Virus record (IMG/VR): IMGVR_UViG_3300003778_000107 | Span: 1 to 34,123 of that record | DNA: 34,123 nt | From: a virus | Taxonomy: Duplodnaviria; Caudoviricetes | Direction: 5' to 3' (one strand) | Shown here: positions 26,078 through 34,123 of the stretch, piece by piece | Layout: the number at the start of each line of letters is the position of its first letter | Position numbering within the stretch: position 1 is the stretch's first letter | Program-made: the position numbers and the translations under genes | Notes under the pieces: generated by a model | The model's input: only the letters and a program-made list of their open reading frames with translations | The model's database searches: none | Told to the model about the DNA's origin: nothing

Positions 26078-26111
26078 GCATAAACGCGCTGTGCGGGATG
26101 GAAGCCAAGCG
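26078..26111 (-). promoter_or_regulatory. Repeated promoter/operator element, copy 5
   Basis: Minus strand CGCTTGGCTTCCATCCCGCACAGCGCGTTTATGC. Confidence 0.72.
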
Positions 26112-26186
26112 CCGATGCATGTCACGCCGCGACATCCGGATACCTGTCGTACAGGCTTCGATGCAGGCGTTGACGTCTCTCGTGAA

Positions 26187-28673
26187 CTACGCCAATCGGT
26201 GCAGGCTGATGCGCTCGATGCGACCGGCGAAGGCGGCGTCGGCAGCGATGTGCAGCGCCGTGTGCGCATTCGCCGTGAACTGATCGACGTAGGTGCCGTT
26301 GCCGGCGCGCATCACGCCCTGCGCAGGCGTGGTGCCGGCCAGGACGACGCGCGCGCTACCGGCGGCAACTTGCGACAGGACGACCTCGACGCGGTACTGC
26401 GCGCCGTCGACGAACGCGAAGGGCTGCGCGAGATCGGAGTCGACACCCGCGACCTTGATCGCCGCACTTCCGGCGATCGACCAGCCGGCGCCGAGCGTCC
26501 ACGCCGCCTGGGTGTCGAAGTCGGCATTCGCCAACTTCTCGCCACACTCGCACTGGAGCGTGCGCACGTGCGTCTGGCGACTGGCGAGCGCGCCACGCTG
26601 GCTGCGAACCTCGATGCGGACAGCGGCATCGCCGGCCAGCAGCAACTCGACCGTATGGCTCGTCCCGGCGATGCCGGTCGTCTCGTGCAGCACCGCCCCG
26701 CTGAGCGCGTGCAGCACGCGCACGGTCGTCGTCGTGCCCGGTTCGGGGCCGATGCTGCCGGCCTCGTGTTCGATCAGGCGATCGCCCTGCAGCATGCGAT
26801 CGCGGTGCGCCCAGGCGACGTCGAGTCGCGCGAAGGCCGTCTGCGGCCACGCGGCGCCGTTGATCCGCAACCGGCCCGGCGGATAGGGCCGGGCGTGGCG
26901 CGCGTCGAGGCGCACCTGCGCAACGGGCGCGAGTGCGGGATCAAGCGTGCCCTGTTGCGTGCGCGTGAGCAGTTTCGCCTGGACGGTATCCCCGGCGAGG
27001 TATTCGGTCGGATCGGCGCCGACGTAGGTCTCGGTACACCACAAGCGTGCGCCGGATGCGTGTGGCGCGGGCACCGTGTCCACGCAACCCCGTGCGATCG
27101 TCAGGATGCCGGCGACGGGATCGATGGCATCGACGCGCACCAGTTCCTCGTCGATCAGCGCCTCGCTGCCGACGGCGACCTGATCCAGGTCGCGCAGGTC
27201 CGCGAGCATCGCCACCGTGTCGGTCGGCCCCAGCGCACCCGCGAGGGTCGCCGTGGCCGAGAAGTCCCCGCCCGCGACCTCGACGAACTCGCCCGCGCCA
27301 GTGCGCGTGGTGAGCGTGTAGCCGTAGGCCGGCCCGTTCGGGCGCGCGCCGAGCGCGACGACGAACCCGGCATCGTCCTCGACCTGCGCCAGATCCGCGG
27401 GGCGCAGCCGACCGGCGAGATCACGATACGTCGCCTCGACGAGGCGCTGCGCCGGCACCGGCACCGGACGCGTGTCCGGCGGCGTCCACGGCCCGATCAC
27501 CGGCCGCAGGTAGGTGGTCGCGGCCATGCCGTCGATGTCCTGCACCAGCACCAGGGCGAGCGCACCGTCCGTGCGCGTGCCCTCGTCCACCTCCAGCACC
27601 CGCACGGGCATGCGCTGTACGCCCTTGCGCCGCCAGGACAGGGCCAGCACGTCGCCGCGCTTCACGCCCCACAAGCGGCGATCGACGGTGAGTTTGATCC
27701 GCTGCAGCAGGCTGCTGGCGGCGGCGGTCTCGCGCGCGGCGACGCGCTCGCAGAGGTCGCGGTTCCACAGCCCAGGCAACGCGCGCCGGTCGGCGACGAC
27801 CCGCGCCTGGGCCTGCACGTTCGCCATGTTCTGGAAGGTCGCGGCGATCTCGAGGTTGGTCACGCAGTCGCGGCCGAGCACCGTCACCTCGTTCACGGAA
27901 CCATCCAGCAGCGGCGTCTGCCAGCTCTCCAGCGTCAGCACGCTGGTTTCGTCGAGCAGCGGCAACGTGGCGACGTCGTAGTCCGGCCGGAACAACCGGT
28001 ACACGAACTGGCCGCGCATCGGATCGAACGCCCACAGCCCGCCGACGTGGGTGTTCACCGTCTGCAGGAAATTCCCGATCGAGTCCCCACGTCGCCAACC
28101 GAGGCACAACCCGAACGCCTCGTCGTGCAACTGCTCGGCCGCGCGCAGGAAGCTCTCACCATCGATCAGGGCGGGATCCAGACCGCAGCCCCAGACCGTG
28201 TCGGTCAGGCACTGGTAGTGGATGTGCGCCGCGTTCATGCCGCGACCGATGCGCGCGAGCTGCGGCTGCCACACCGGCGTCGACCAGCCCTGCACGAAGC
28301 GTCCCCAACGCTTGGCCCAGAGTTTGAGGTACGGGTTCATCGCCCCAACCATTCCGCGGTACAGCGTGGTGCACAGCCCGCGCGCGGCGGGCCACGGACC
28401 GGGCACCTGCTGTTGCAGGTAGGGCACCGGCAGTTGGTCCGGCTCGCCCATGCGGATCTGCAGCGTGCCGACGAGCCCGCCTTCCTTCTTGTCCCCACCG
28501 AACAGCTGCGGCAGGTTGATCGCCAAGAGGCCGCTGCCGGCGCGTTCGCCCTCGAACACCGTCTGCCCGCCGACCTTCACGCCTGCGAGGTAGTCGTTCG
28601 GGCCAATCGACTCGCCCATGTACAGGTACATGAAGTGCCGGTAGCCGATCGTCGGTTTGCTCGACTTACCCAC
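26187..28673 (-). CDS. Phage tail tip / host-specificity protein (Phage-tail_3-like)
   Basis: MGKSSKPTIGYRHF, LFGGDKKEGG..G, MNAAHI.YQCLT...WG.G, RGC.DTVP..H..GAR and RPYPP motifs of D3112/B3-like tail proteins. Confidence 0.9.
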   Translation of the reverse strand: MGKSSKPTIGYRHFMYLYMGESIGPNDYLAGVKVGGQTVFEGERAGSGLLAINLPQLFGGDKKEGGLVGTLQIRMGEPDQLPVPYLQQQVPGPWPAARGLCTTLYRGMVGAMNPYLKLWAKRWGRFVQGWSTPVWQPQLARIGRGMNAAHIHYQCLTDTVWGCGLDPALIDGESFLRAAEQLHDEAFGLCLGWRRGDSIGNFLQTVNTHVGGLWAFDPMRGQFVYRLFRPDYDVATLPLLDETSVLTLESWQTPLLDGSVNEVTVLGRDCVTNLEIAATFQNMANVQAQARVVADRRALPGLWNRDLCERVAARETAAASSLLQRIKLTVDRRLWGVKRGDVLALSWRRKGVQRMPVRVLEVDEGTRTDGALALVLVQDIDGMAATTYLRPVIGPWTPPDTRPVPVPAQRLVEATYRDLAGRLRPADLAQVEDDAGFVVALGARPNGPAYGYTLTTRTGAGEFVEVAGGDFSATATLAGALGPTDTVAMLADLRDLDQVAVGSEALIDEELVRVDAIDPVAGILTIARGCVDTVPAPHASGARLWCTETYVGADPTEYLAGDTVQAKLLTRTQQGTLDPALAPVAQVRLDARHARPYPPGRLRINGAAWPQTAFARLDVAWAHRDRMLQGDRLIEHEAGSIGPEPGTTTTVRVLHALSGAVLHETTGIAGTSHTVELLLAGDAAVRIEVRSQRGALASRQTHVRTLQCECGEKLANADFDTQAAWTLGAGWSIAGSAAIKVAGVDSDLAQPFAFVDGAQYRVEVVLSQVAAGSARVVLAGTTPAQGVMRAGNGTYVDQFTANAHTALHIAADAAFAGRIERISLHRLA

Positions 28674-28980
28674 GGCGACGGCCCCAGGCGCGCAGGCGCT
28701 GCAGCCGGGTGTGCCGCGGCGGCGAGACCGCGATCGGGCGCAGCGTGGGGATCACGATCGGACGTCGTCGCCAGATTTTATGCACCGTGCATAAAACGTT
28801 CGCGGCAAGCTTCCGGTCGCGCCCGAACCCATTCGCCGCCCACACCAGATGCACGAGCGCCGTCGCGATACCGAAGCTGCCGGCGAGCCTCTCCCCCGCG
28901 TACCAGAGCACGGCGCCGGAACCGAGCGAGGCGAAGGCAACGACCGTGGTCCAGACGCGAAACACGCGATCACGACGCAT
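28666..28980 (-). CDS. Hypothetical membrane protein inside the tail operon
   Basis: Overlaps both neighbours; two hydrophobic segments and a basic C-terminus. Confidence 0.5.
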   Translation of the reverse strand: MRRDRVFRVWTTVVAFASLGSGAVLWYAGERLAGSFGIATALVHLVWAANGFGRDRKLAANVLCTVHKIWRRRPIVIPTLRPIAVSPPRHTRLQRLRAWGRRRG

Positions 28981-29200
28981 CGGAGTCCCCCTGTTCGCGT
29001 CGTGCAATCTCCAGAACACGCGCCACGAACGGATCGTCGTGCAGATGGGGGTGGTCGTCGACGGCGATGCCGTCCTCGCGCAACGCGCGCAGATCGATGC
29101 CGTGCTGACGGCACCACGCGCGAATGCCCGGCGTGCAGAGCGGCCCGCCGGCCGGATCGATCGCGCGCACATGCCGAAGGTGAATGCGCAGAGCGTCCAT
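28970..29200 (-). CDS. Phage tail assembly small protein
   Basis: H.R......LC..G.RAW..QHGID.......GI motif conserved in D3112/B3-like tail modules; TGATG coupling. Confidence 0.8.
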   Translation of the reverse strand: MDALRIHLRHVRAIDPAGGPLCTPGIRAWCRQHGIDLRALREDGIAVDDHPHLHDDPFVARVLEIARREQGDSDAS

Positions 29201-29427
29201 CACTTCCCGCCGCTGGCCTTGATCGGCGTGGTGCGCAGATCGCCGTAGGCGAGCACGTTCGGATCGTCCACCCACACCTCGCCGAAGATCACCATCACCT
29301 CGCGACCTTCTTCGGCGGTCGGCACCGAGAAGTCGGCAAGCGACGGCGGCTTGGTCGATTGCGGCTTGGGCCGCATCGCGATGCTGATGGCGATGGAGAG
29401 GATCAGCACGAAGACGTAGATCCACAT
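29200..29427 (-). CDS. Phage tail small protein
   Basis: N-terminal hydrophobic stretch, then PKPQ..KP..L.DF.VPTAEEGRE..VIFG.VWV..PNVL.YGDL...PIK..GGK. Confidence 0.85.
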   Translation of the reverse strand: MWIYVFVLILSIAISIAMRPKPQSTKPPSLADFSVPTAEEGREVMVIFGEVWVDDPNVLAYGDLRTTPIKASGGK

Positions 29428-29510
29428 CGTGGAGAGGTTCCTGGGGTGCGGGACGCGCGCAGCAGTCGCCCGGCGCGCATGCGCCGGGCGGTGCGTGGGA
29501 GGGGAATGCA

Positions 29511-30308
29511 TCAGAAGACCGGGTCGCTGCCGAAGGGATTGCGCATGCCCTTCAAGGTCGGCTGGCCGCCGTAGTTCAGTTCGTTGCGGAATTTCGGGCA
29601 GCCGTTCGGCCCCAGCGTGCGATCGCAACCGGGGAATGCGACGACGCGCGCGTCGGGCGCGAGCGCGGCCGGCGTGAGCAGGCGCAGGGTGGCGTCGACG
29701 TGGGTGACGATGAAGCGGCGTTCGACACCGAGCGTCGCCGTCCACTGCAGGACGCCGCCGTCGAAGTGACCGTCGTCGAACGCATCGAAGGCGGCGGACG
29801 CGACGGTGTAGCCGGTCGCGTCGCTGAGGACCGCCGGCACCGCGTGCGCGTCCGGATCGGCATTGCACAATCCGAGCCCCCGGCTGTAGAGCACCAGTGG
29901 ACAGTTCGACTGCCAGCTGCGGCGCAGGCCGAGCGTCTCGACGGCGGCGGCGAGCGACTCGCAGCGCAGCTTGGCGACGCTGTGGGTTTCGTCGAGATTG
30001 GCGACGTGCCCGGTCCAGCCCAGGCGCACCTGACCGTCGCGCACCCGCACGCGCTTGAGGTCCAGGCGCAGGCGCAACCCCGGCGGCACCGGGCGGAACA
30101 GGTTCAGCAGCGGCAGATCCAGCGGCGCGGTGATCTGCAGCGCGTTCTTCGATTCTTCCGCCGACTGCACGATCTTCTCGCGCGTGAGCGTGACCGGGGC
30201 GTAACGCTGGCCTTCGACGATCGCTTCGCGTTTGGCATCGGTGTAGCGCCAGTGATGCAAGCCGATCGAGAAGTCGTAGAGCTCGATCTCGCGCGAGAGC
30301 AAGGCCAC
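29511..30308 (-). CDS. Phage BR0599/DUF2163-family tail protein
   Basis: ELY.F.....WRYT, C...LY....C, PGCD.T....C.KF.N.LNYGG.P.....NPF; GTG start at 30308. Confidence 0.88.
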   Translation of the reverse strand: MALLSREIELYDFSIGLHHWRYTDAKREAIVEGQRYAPVTLTREKIVQSAEESKNALQITAPLDLPLLNLFRPVPPGLRLRLDLKRVRVRDGQVRLGWTGHVANLDETHSVAKLRCESLAAAVETLGLRRSWQSNCPLVLYSRGLGLCNADPDAHAVPAVLSDATGYTVASAAFDAFDDGHFDGGVLQWTATLGVERRFIVTHVDATLRLLTPAALAPDARVVAFPGCDRTLGPNGCPKFRNELNYGGQPTLKGMRNPFGSDPVF

Positions 30309-30310
30309 GC

Positions 30311-32026
30311 TTACGGCTCCTCCGCGGGAATGCCGGCGAAGGACACGGCGCAGTCGAGCAGACCGTCGCTGTCGGCGTGGTGGCGCAGTTCGACCGTGTC
30401 GCCCGCCAGCGTGACCAACGCCATCCAGCTCACCAGCCGGACCCGTTCGGGTCTGACAACGAGACCCAGCGCGACGTCGATCCGCACACGTTCGTGTGTG
30501 TCTCCTGCGGGGGATTGCCATTCGCTCGACGCTTCGACGGCGCGGTACAAGACCGTGCCATCGATCAATTCGATGCGGAGGTGGCGACGGCCGGCCTGCT
30601 GGCGCAGGCTGCGACTGACGCCGCAGGCCGCGACGGTGAGCGTGAGCGCGGTCTCGCCGATCGTCTCGATCACCTCGAGATCGTCGGTCCAGGTCGGCAG
30701 CCACAGCGCCTCCGCCCGGCCCTGCAACCCATAGAGCAGGCTGCGGTGTGCGGCGCGTTCGGCGCGGCCGAACAACCGCCAGGCGTGCGACTGCGTGGTC
30801 CACGCCAGGCCCGACGCATCGTCGACCTGCGTGCGGCCGACGTCGCCATCGAGCAGATCGAAGCGACGGGCCAGGATCGCGCTCGGATCCCGGGTTTCGT
30901 CCGGGCGGTGTTCGAGCACGGGGAACCCGCAATAGCGCGTCGACGGCAACGCCGCCGGCCAGTCGCACGGCTCGGCCGCCTCGAAGCGCAGCTGTGCGGA
31001 CATCAGCCGGTCGCTGAGCCGGCGCAACTCCGGCGCATCGGTCAGGCGCGCGGTGCGGCAGGGGATCAGGCGCGTGCCGACCGGCCACGCGCGGCGCGTC
31101 GGCGCACGCAAGGACACACGACCGTTCGCGATCTGCGCGACTTCGACCAGTTCGTAGCTCGCCACGTCGCGCCAGAGCATGGCGAGGCTGCCGACCGCAA
31201 AATCCAACCCCGTGGCGTCGACCGGGATCTCGACCGCGCCCGCCGCCAGCGGCGCACCGAGCCGCCACGTATCGACGAACACCGGCAGCGCCCACACCCG
31301 CGCCGTCCAGTCGAACAACGCGTGCTCGACCCAGCGCCGCTCGCGCCGGTCGGCGAGGATCGCGAACTCCCACGACCGGTGCGGCGCCTCGCGCAGCGGC
31401 GTGCGGGTGACGGTGCCGGCGATGGCGATCTGGACGTCGGTGAGCCAGGCGAGCGTCTCGGTCAGCGGCTCGGTCCAGTCCGGCGGCAGCGACCAGGCGT
31501 TGAGGCGTAGGCCGTCGATCCGGATCGACCAGTTCGCGCCGTCCGCGAAGGACAGCACCGCCACCGCGTCGATCACCGGCGAGCCGTCGAGGCCGACGGT
31601 GAGGGTCAGCACCCGTTCCTGCAGCGGACGCAGCGCCAGCGGCATCGCGCCCGGCGCGGCGAGCGTGCTGCCGGCATCGCCGTCCAGGCGCAGCGCGACC
31701 AGCGTCTGCGGAACCGTGCGCCAGGCGTTCCACACCGCGATCTCGCGGGTCAGTTCGGAGACGACACTGCCGAGCGACAGTGCGGTCGGCAGGACGTGGA
31801 CACGGTCGAACAGGTCCTCCGCGAACCGGTGCGCGAGGCGCCCGGTCGCGGGCCAGCGCAGCGCCTCGGGCGCACGAAAAGCCCCCGCCCCCGCGGTCAG
31901 CCGCTCGCGGGCGTAAGTGCCGGGGGCGAACGCCCCCTCGTCGAGCGCGTTCAGCTCAATCGAGAGCATCGGGTTGGTCGCACCGAACGCCCGCGGCGTC
32001 GGCGCGAGGCCGATCAATCCGGCCAT
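30311..32026 (-). CDS. Phage tail structural protein
   Basis: DRVHVLP..L.LG.VVS.....I.VWNAW, PDW.....ETL.WLTDV, LYGLQGR...LWLPTW; TGATG coupling. Confidence 0.82.
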   Translation of the reverse strand: MAGLIGLAPTPRAFGATNPMLSIELNALDEGAFAPGTYARERLTAGAGAFRAPEALRWPATGRLAHRFAEDLFDRVHVLPTALSLGSVVSELTREIAVWNAWRTVPQTLVALRLDGDAGSTLAAPGAMPLALRPLQERVLTLTVGLDGSPVIDAVAVLSFADGANWSIRIDGLRLNAWSLPPDWTEPLTETLAWLTDVQIAIAGTVTRTPLREAPHRSWEFAILADRRERRWVEHALFDWTARVWALPVFVDTWRLGAPLAAGAVEIPVDATGLDFAVGSLAMLWRDVASYELVEVAQIANGRVSLRAPTRRAWPVGTRLIPCRTARLTDAPELRRLSDRLMSAQLRFEAAEPCDWPAALPSTRYCGFPVLEHRPDETRDPSAILARRFDLLDGDVGRTQVDDASGLAWTTQSHAWRLFGRAERAAHRSLLYGLQGRAEALWLPTWTDDLEVIETIGETALTLTVAACGVSRSLRQQAGRRHLRIELIDGTVLYRAVEASSEWQSPAGDTHERVRIDVALGLVVRPERVRLVSWMALVTLAGDTVELRHHADSDGLLDCAVSFAGIPAEEP

Positions 32027-32946
32027 CAGGGCGCATCCCGCAGCGCGACGCCGAAGGTGCCGCTGTGTTGTGCGCCGACCGGCCAGCCGGCGCCGTTGCG
32101 CTGCATCGGGTGGACCGCGTGCAGCGGGTACGGCGTCCAGCGCTCGGGGCCGTAGAGCAGCGGTTGACTCAGATCGAGGTGGTCCAGACGGCAATAGCGC
32201 GCGTGCGCAAACGTGGCGACGATCGTCTGGCCCTGCGCCTGGCGCGCGAGCAGCACGTCGATCGGCAGCAACACGGTGGCCTGATTGAACTGCGAGGGCA
32301 GCGCATGCAGCAGGCCGGCCTTGTGCGAGACGCCGAGCAGATCGCCGGTCGCGCCGCCATAGGACGTGCGCCAGGTTGGAGCACCCTCGAGCCCGCAGTG
32401 AATGAACGACGAGTGATACGTGCCGGCCATGCTCGCGAAGAAGAATCCGAGCCCGTGGCCGTCGTAGGGCGCGGCGCCGAGCTGGGTGCCGGCGTTGGTG
32501 TCGATGTACACCTTCACGCCCGCGCGCGTGCCATCGACATCGCCGCGGAAGGTGCCGGAGCACCACAGGCCGGTGCCGCCGATCTGCGGCATCGTCGACA
32601 CACCCCAGTTCAGGTGCTGGTGACGATCGACGTTGTAGCGCAGCACGCAGTAGATCTCGTCGGGCGCATCGAACGCGTGCAGCGTGTAGACGGCCGGCCA
32701 CTGGATCGGCGCATTGGCGAAGGACAACAGCTTCACCGACTGCGGGCAGGCGCCGGTCAGTGCCCCACCCGCCTGCCCCGTCCCGGCCTGCAGGCGCAGT
32801 TCCATCGCCGTCGCGGTCAGTTGCATGAAGGCGACGCCCTTGCTCAGGATGCCGTTCGCCAGCGTCCAGCCGCGTGCCGTGAGGGTCGTCTCGATGGCGG
32901 TCTTCAGCGCCACGAAGCTGGCGACCTGTTCCGTGAACGTCGCCAT
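32026..32946 (-). CDS. Phage virion structural protein
   Basis: Starts MATFTEQ by TGATG coupling; PDEIYCV..YN...QHL.WG, HARYCR.D and HSGTFG.A motifs; position in the tail operon. Confidence 0.8.
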   Translation of the reverse strand: MATFTEQVASFVALKTAIETTLTARGWTLANGILSKGVAFMQLTATAMELRLQAGTGQAGGALTGACPQSVKLLSFANAPIQWPAVYTLHAFDAPDEIYCVLRYNVDRHQHLNWGVSTMPQIGGTGLWCSGTFRGDVDGTRAGVKVYIDTNAGTQLGAAPYDGHGLGFFFASMAGTYHSSFIHCGLEGAPTWRTSYGGATGDLLGVSHKAGLLHALPSQFNQATVLLPIDVLLARQAQGQTIVATFAHARYCRLDHLDLSQPLLYGPERWTPYPLHAVHPMQRNGAGWPVGAQHSGTFGVALRDAP

Positions 32947-33971
32947 CAGGTCATATCCACCGCGACGTAGTCGCGCCAGGTCGTGCGCGCGCCGTCCTGC
33001 AACACCACAAACGCGCGACCGTTCACGGCGCGGATCGCATCGACCGCCTGGCGCACGCTCATCCCGGTTTGATCGACGATCGCGCTGCCTTCGAGCTGCA
33101 GCACGTTCTCCGAGGCGTTGTTGTAGCCGGAGACCATGCTCACACCGTCGAGGACGCCGTAGAGGTTGCCGCTGCTGCTGTAGCCGCGCACGTCGTTGTC
33201 GTAGGCGCCGAAGTTCATCTCGTACAGTTCCAGCGGCTGCGGCTGGTGCAAGGTGCCGGCCGGCACCAGACAGCGATACCCGCTGCCGTTGCGACCCACG
33301 TACTCGCCGGCCAGCCCGGCATAGGTGGTCTCGCTCGCCTGGCCGTTGCCGAAGGGCGAGATCTGCACCTTCTTCCAGGTGCCGCCGGCATCGCGCAGGA
33401 ACAGGAACCCGTCGGTGTAGCCGCTGTCGCTGCTCCCCTTGCGGCCCTTGTAGGGGAACCAGTGCAGGTCGCTGTAGCGCCGTGCGTCGCGGCCGTCGAA
33501 GTGCCCGGCGACGACGAGCGGCGAGGGAAATTCCTTCGGCCGCGCATACGCGAGCGCCTTGCCGACATAAACGTGCGCATAGATCGGCGAGCCGACCTTG
33601 AGGGCGCCGACGATGCGACGCGGATTGGCGTTCAGGAAGTACGTCACCGCCTGGTTGTGACAAGGCACGCCGCTGGTCTTGATACCCGGCTGCGCCTCGA
33701 ACGGTGCAGCCGGCACATAGCCCACCATCGTCGCGGCGAGCAGGTTGTAGTAATCGGCGGCGACGTTCTGGTACGCCTTGAAGCCGACCGTGATCTCCTC
33801 CTCGCCGGTGGTGCCGGTGGAACGCAAGATCAGTTCGCGCTCAGGGATCGACGTGTCGAAGCGCAACGTCGTCCAGCCGGCGTTTTCCGCGAGCGCGCGC
33901 AGGACATCGAGCAGTTGCAGGTGCGCGTCCGGGCCTGCGCCCTTGACCACGGTGTCGATGGCGTAGGCCAT
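32946..33971 (-). CDS. Phage virion structural protein
   Basis: GW..LR.......ELIL...G..G.E.I.VG, YARP.E.P.PL, N.YG.LDGV..VSG.NN.SEN; first gene after the tape measure. Confidence 0.82.
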   Translation of the reverse strand: MAYAIDTVVKGAGPDAHLQLLDVLRALAENAGWTTLRFDTSIPERELILRSTGTTGEEEITVGFKAYQNVAADYYNLLAATMVGYVPAAPFEAQPGIKTSGVPCHNQAVTYFLNANPRRIVGALKVGSPIYAHVYVGKALAYARPKEFPSPLVVAGHFDGRDARRYSDLHWFPYKGRKGSSDSGYTDGFLFLRDAGGTWKKVQISPFGNGQASETTYAGLAGEYVGRNGSGYRCLVPAGTLHQPQPLELYEMNFGAYDNDVRGYSSSGNLYGVLDGVSMVSGYNNASENVLQLEGSAIVDQTGMSVRQAVDAIRAVNGRAFVVLQDGARTTWRDYVAVDMT

Positions 33972-34123
33972 CAGGCGCCTCCAATCCGCTGGCGCAGAAA
34001 GCTGCCGTTGCGGTCGATCACGTTGAGAATGGTCTGCTCCAGGCCCCGGCTCTGCGCCATCGACTCGGCGAGCGCATCGGTGTTGATCGCATTGATCAGG
34101 CGCAGATTGAGTTGCGGGTTCAG
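33971..34123 (-). CDS. Tape measure protein, C-terminal fragment (truncated by window)
   Basis: Reads LNPQLNLRLINAINTDALAESMAQSRGLEQTILNVIDRNGSFLRQRIGGA*; typical tape-measure C-terminus, TGATG-coupled to the next tail gene. Confidence 0.7.
   Translation of the reverse strand: MNPQLNLRLINAINTDALAESMAQSRGLEQTILNVIDRNGSFLRQRIGGA

Larger units (their letters stand above)
1..34123 (-). mobile_element. Prophage / phage-derived integrative element (tail module, small-gene array, cargo, DUF2924-serine recombinase end)
   Basis: Phage tail operon at the right, DUF2924 + large serine recombinase at the left, both on the minus strand. The same promoter-like motif occurs upstream of DUF2924 and upstream of the tail-proximal small genes. 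Element boundaries (att sites) are not visible in the window. Confidence 0.75.

Noticed and set aside
23801..26111. Repeated ~33-bp motif as a CRISPR array or integron attC sites
   Set aside because: Intervals are 250-790 bp and contain whole genes, the repeat centre varies, there are no cas genes or tyrosine integrase, and no attC GTTRRRY/RYYYAAC ends were seen.
26112..26560. Diversity-generating retroelement acting on the tail-tip C-terminus
   Set aside because: No reverse transcriptase and no template/variable repeat pair found in the window.
25983..29108. 1041-aa plus-strand ORF
   Set aside because: Shadow frame opposite the recognisable tail genes; Arg/Ala-rich with no domain motifs, as expected in high-GC DNA.
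29511..33663. Extended ORF starts (29511-31733, 30311-32701, 32026-33663) suggesting long overlaps or frameshift fusions
   Set aside because: The N-terminal extensions are low-complexity alternative frames; TGATG-coupled or abutting starts give the normal tail gene sizes.

Overview
High-GC (Xanthomonadales/Lysobacter-like) DNA, mostly encoded on the minus strand, that reads as the distal end of a prophage or phage-derived integrative element. From right to left it holds: (i) a D3112/B3-type siphovirus tail module (tape-measure C-terminus to tail-tip protein, 26187-34123); (ii) an array of small genes, each unit preceded by the same ~33-bp promoter/operator element (23256-26111); (iii) a DUF998-like membrane gene flanked by duplicated terminators; (iv) a regulatory island; (v) an X-T4SS Tle1/DUF2235 phospholipase effector (PG-binding + XVIPCD) with its probable immunity gene; (vi) a 3007-aa signal-peptide/7xIg/SpvB/YD-Rhs toxin with an NlpC/P60-like tip and a periplasmic immunity gene; (vii) DUF2924 plus a large serine recombinase. 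The regulatory island is the best candidate for an undescribed system. It has an operon of three internally duplicated CsrA-like genes, transcribed from a palindrome-covered sigma70 promoter, divergent from a CI/LexA-like repressor whose S24 domain appears catalytically dead. These are followed by a MASE1 pseudo-histidine-kinase and a small secreted CC-motif protein. All family assignments come from motif recognition by eye; no database searches were run.
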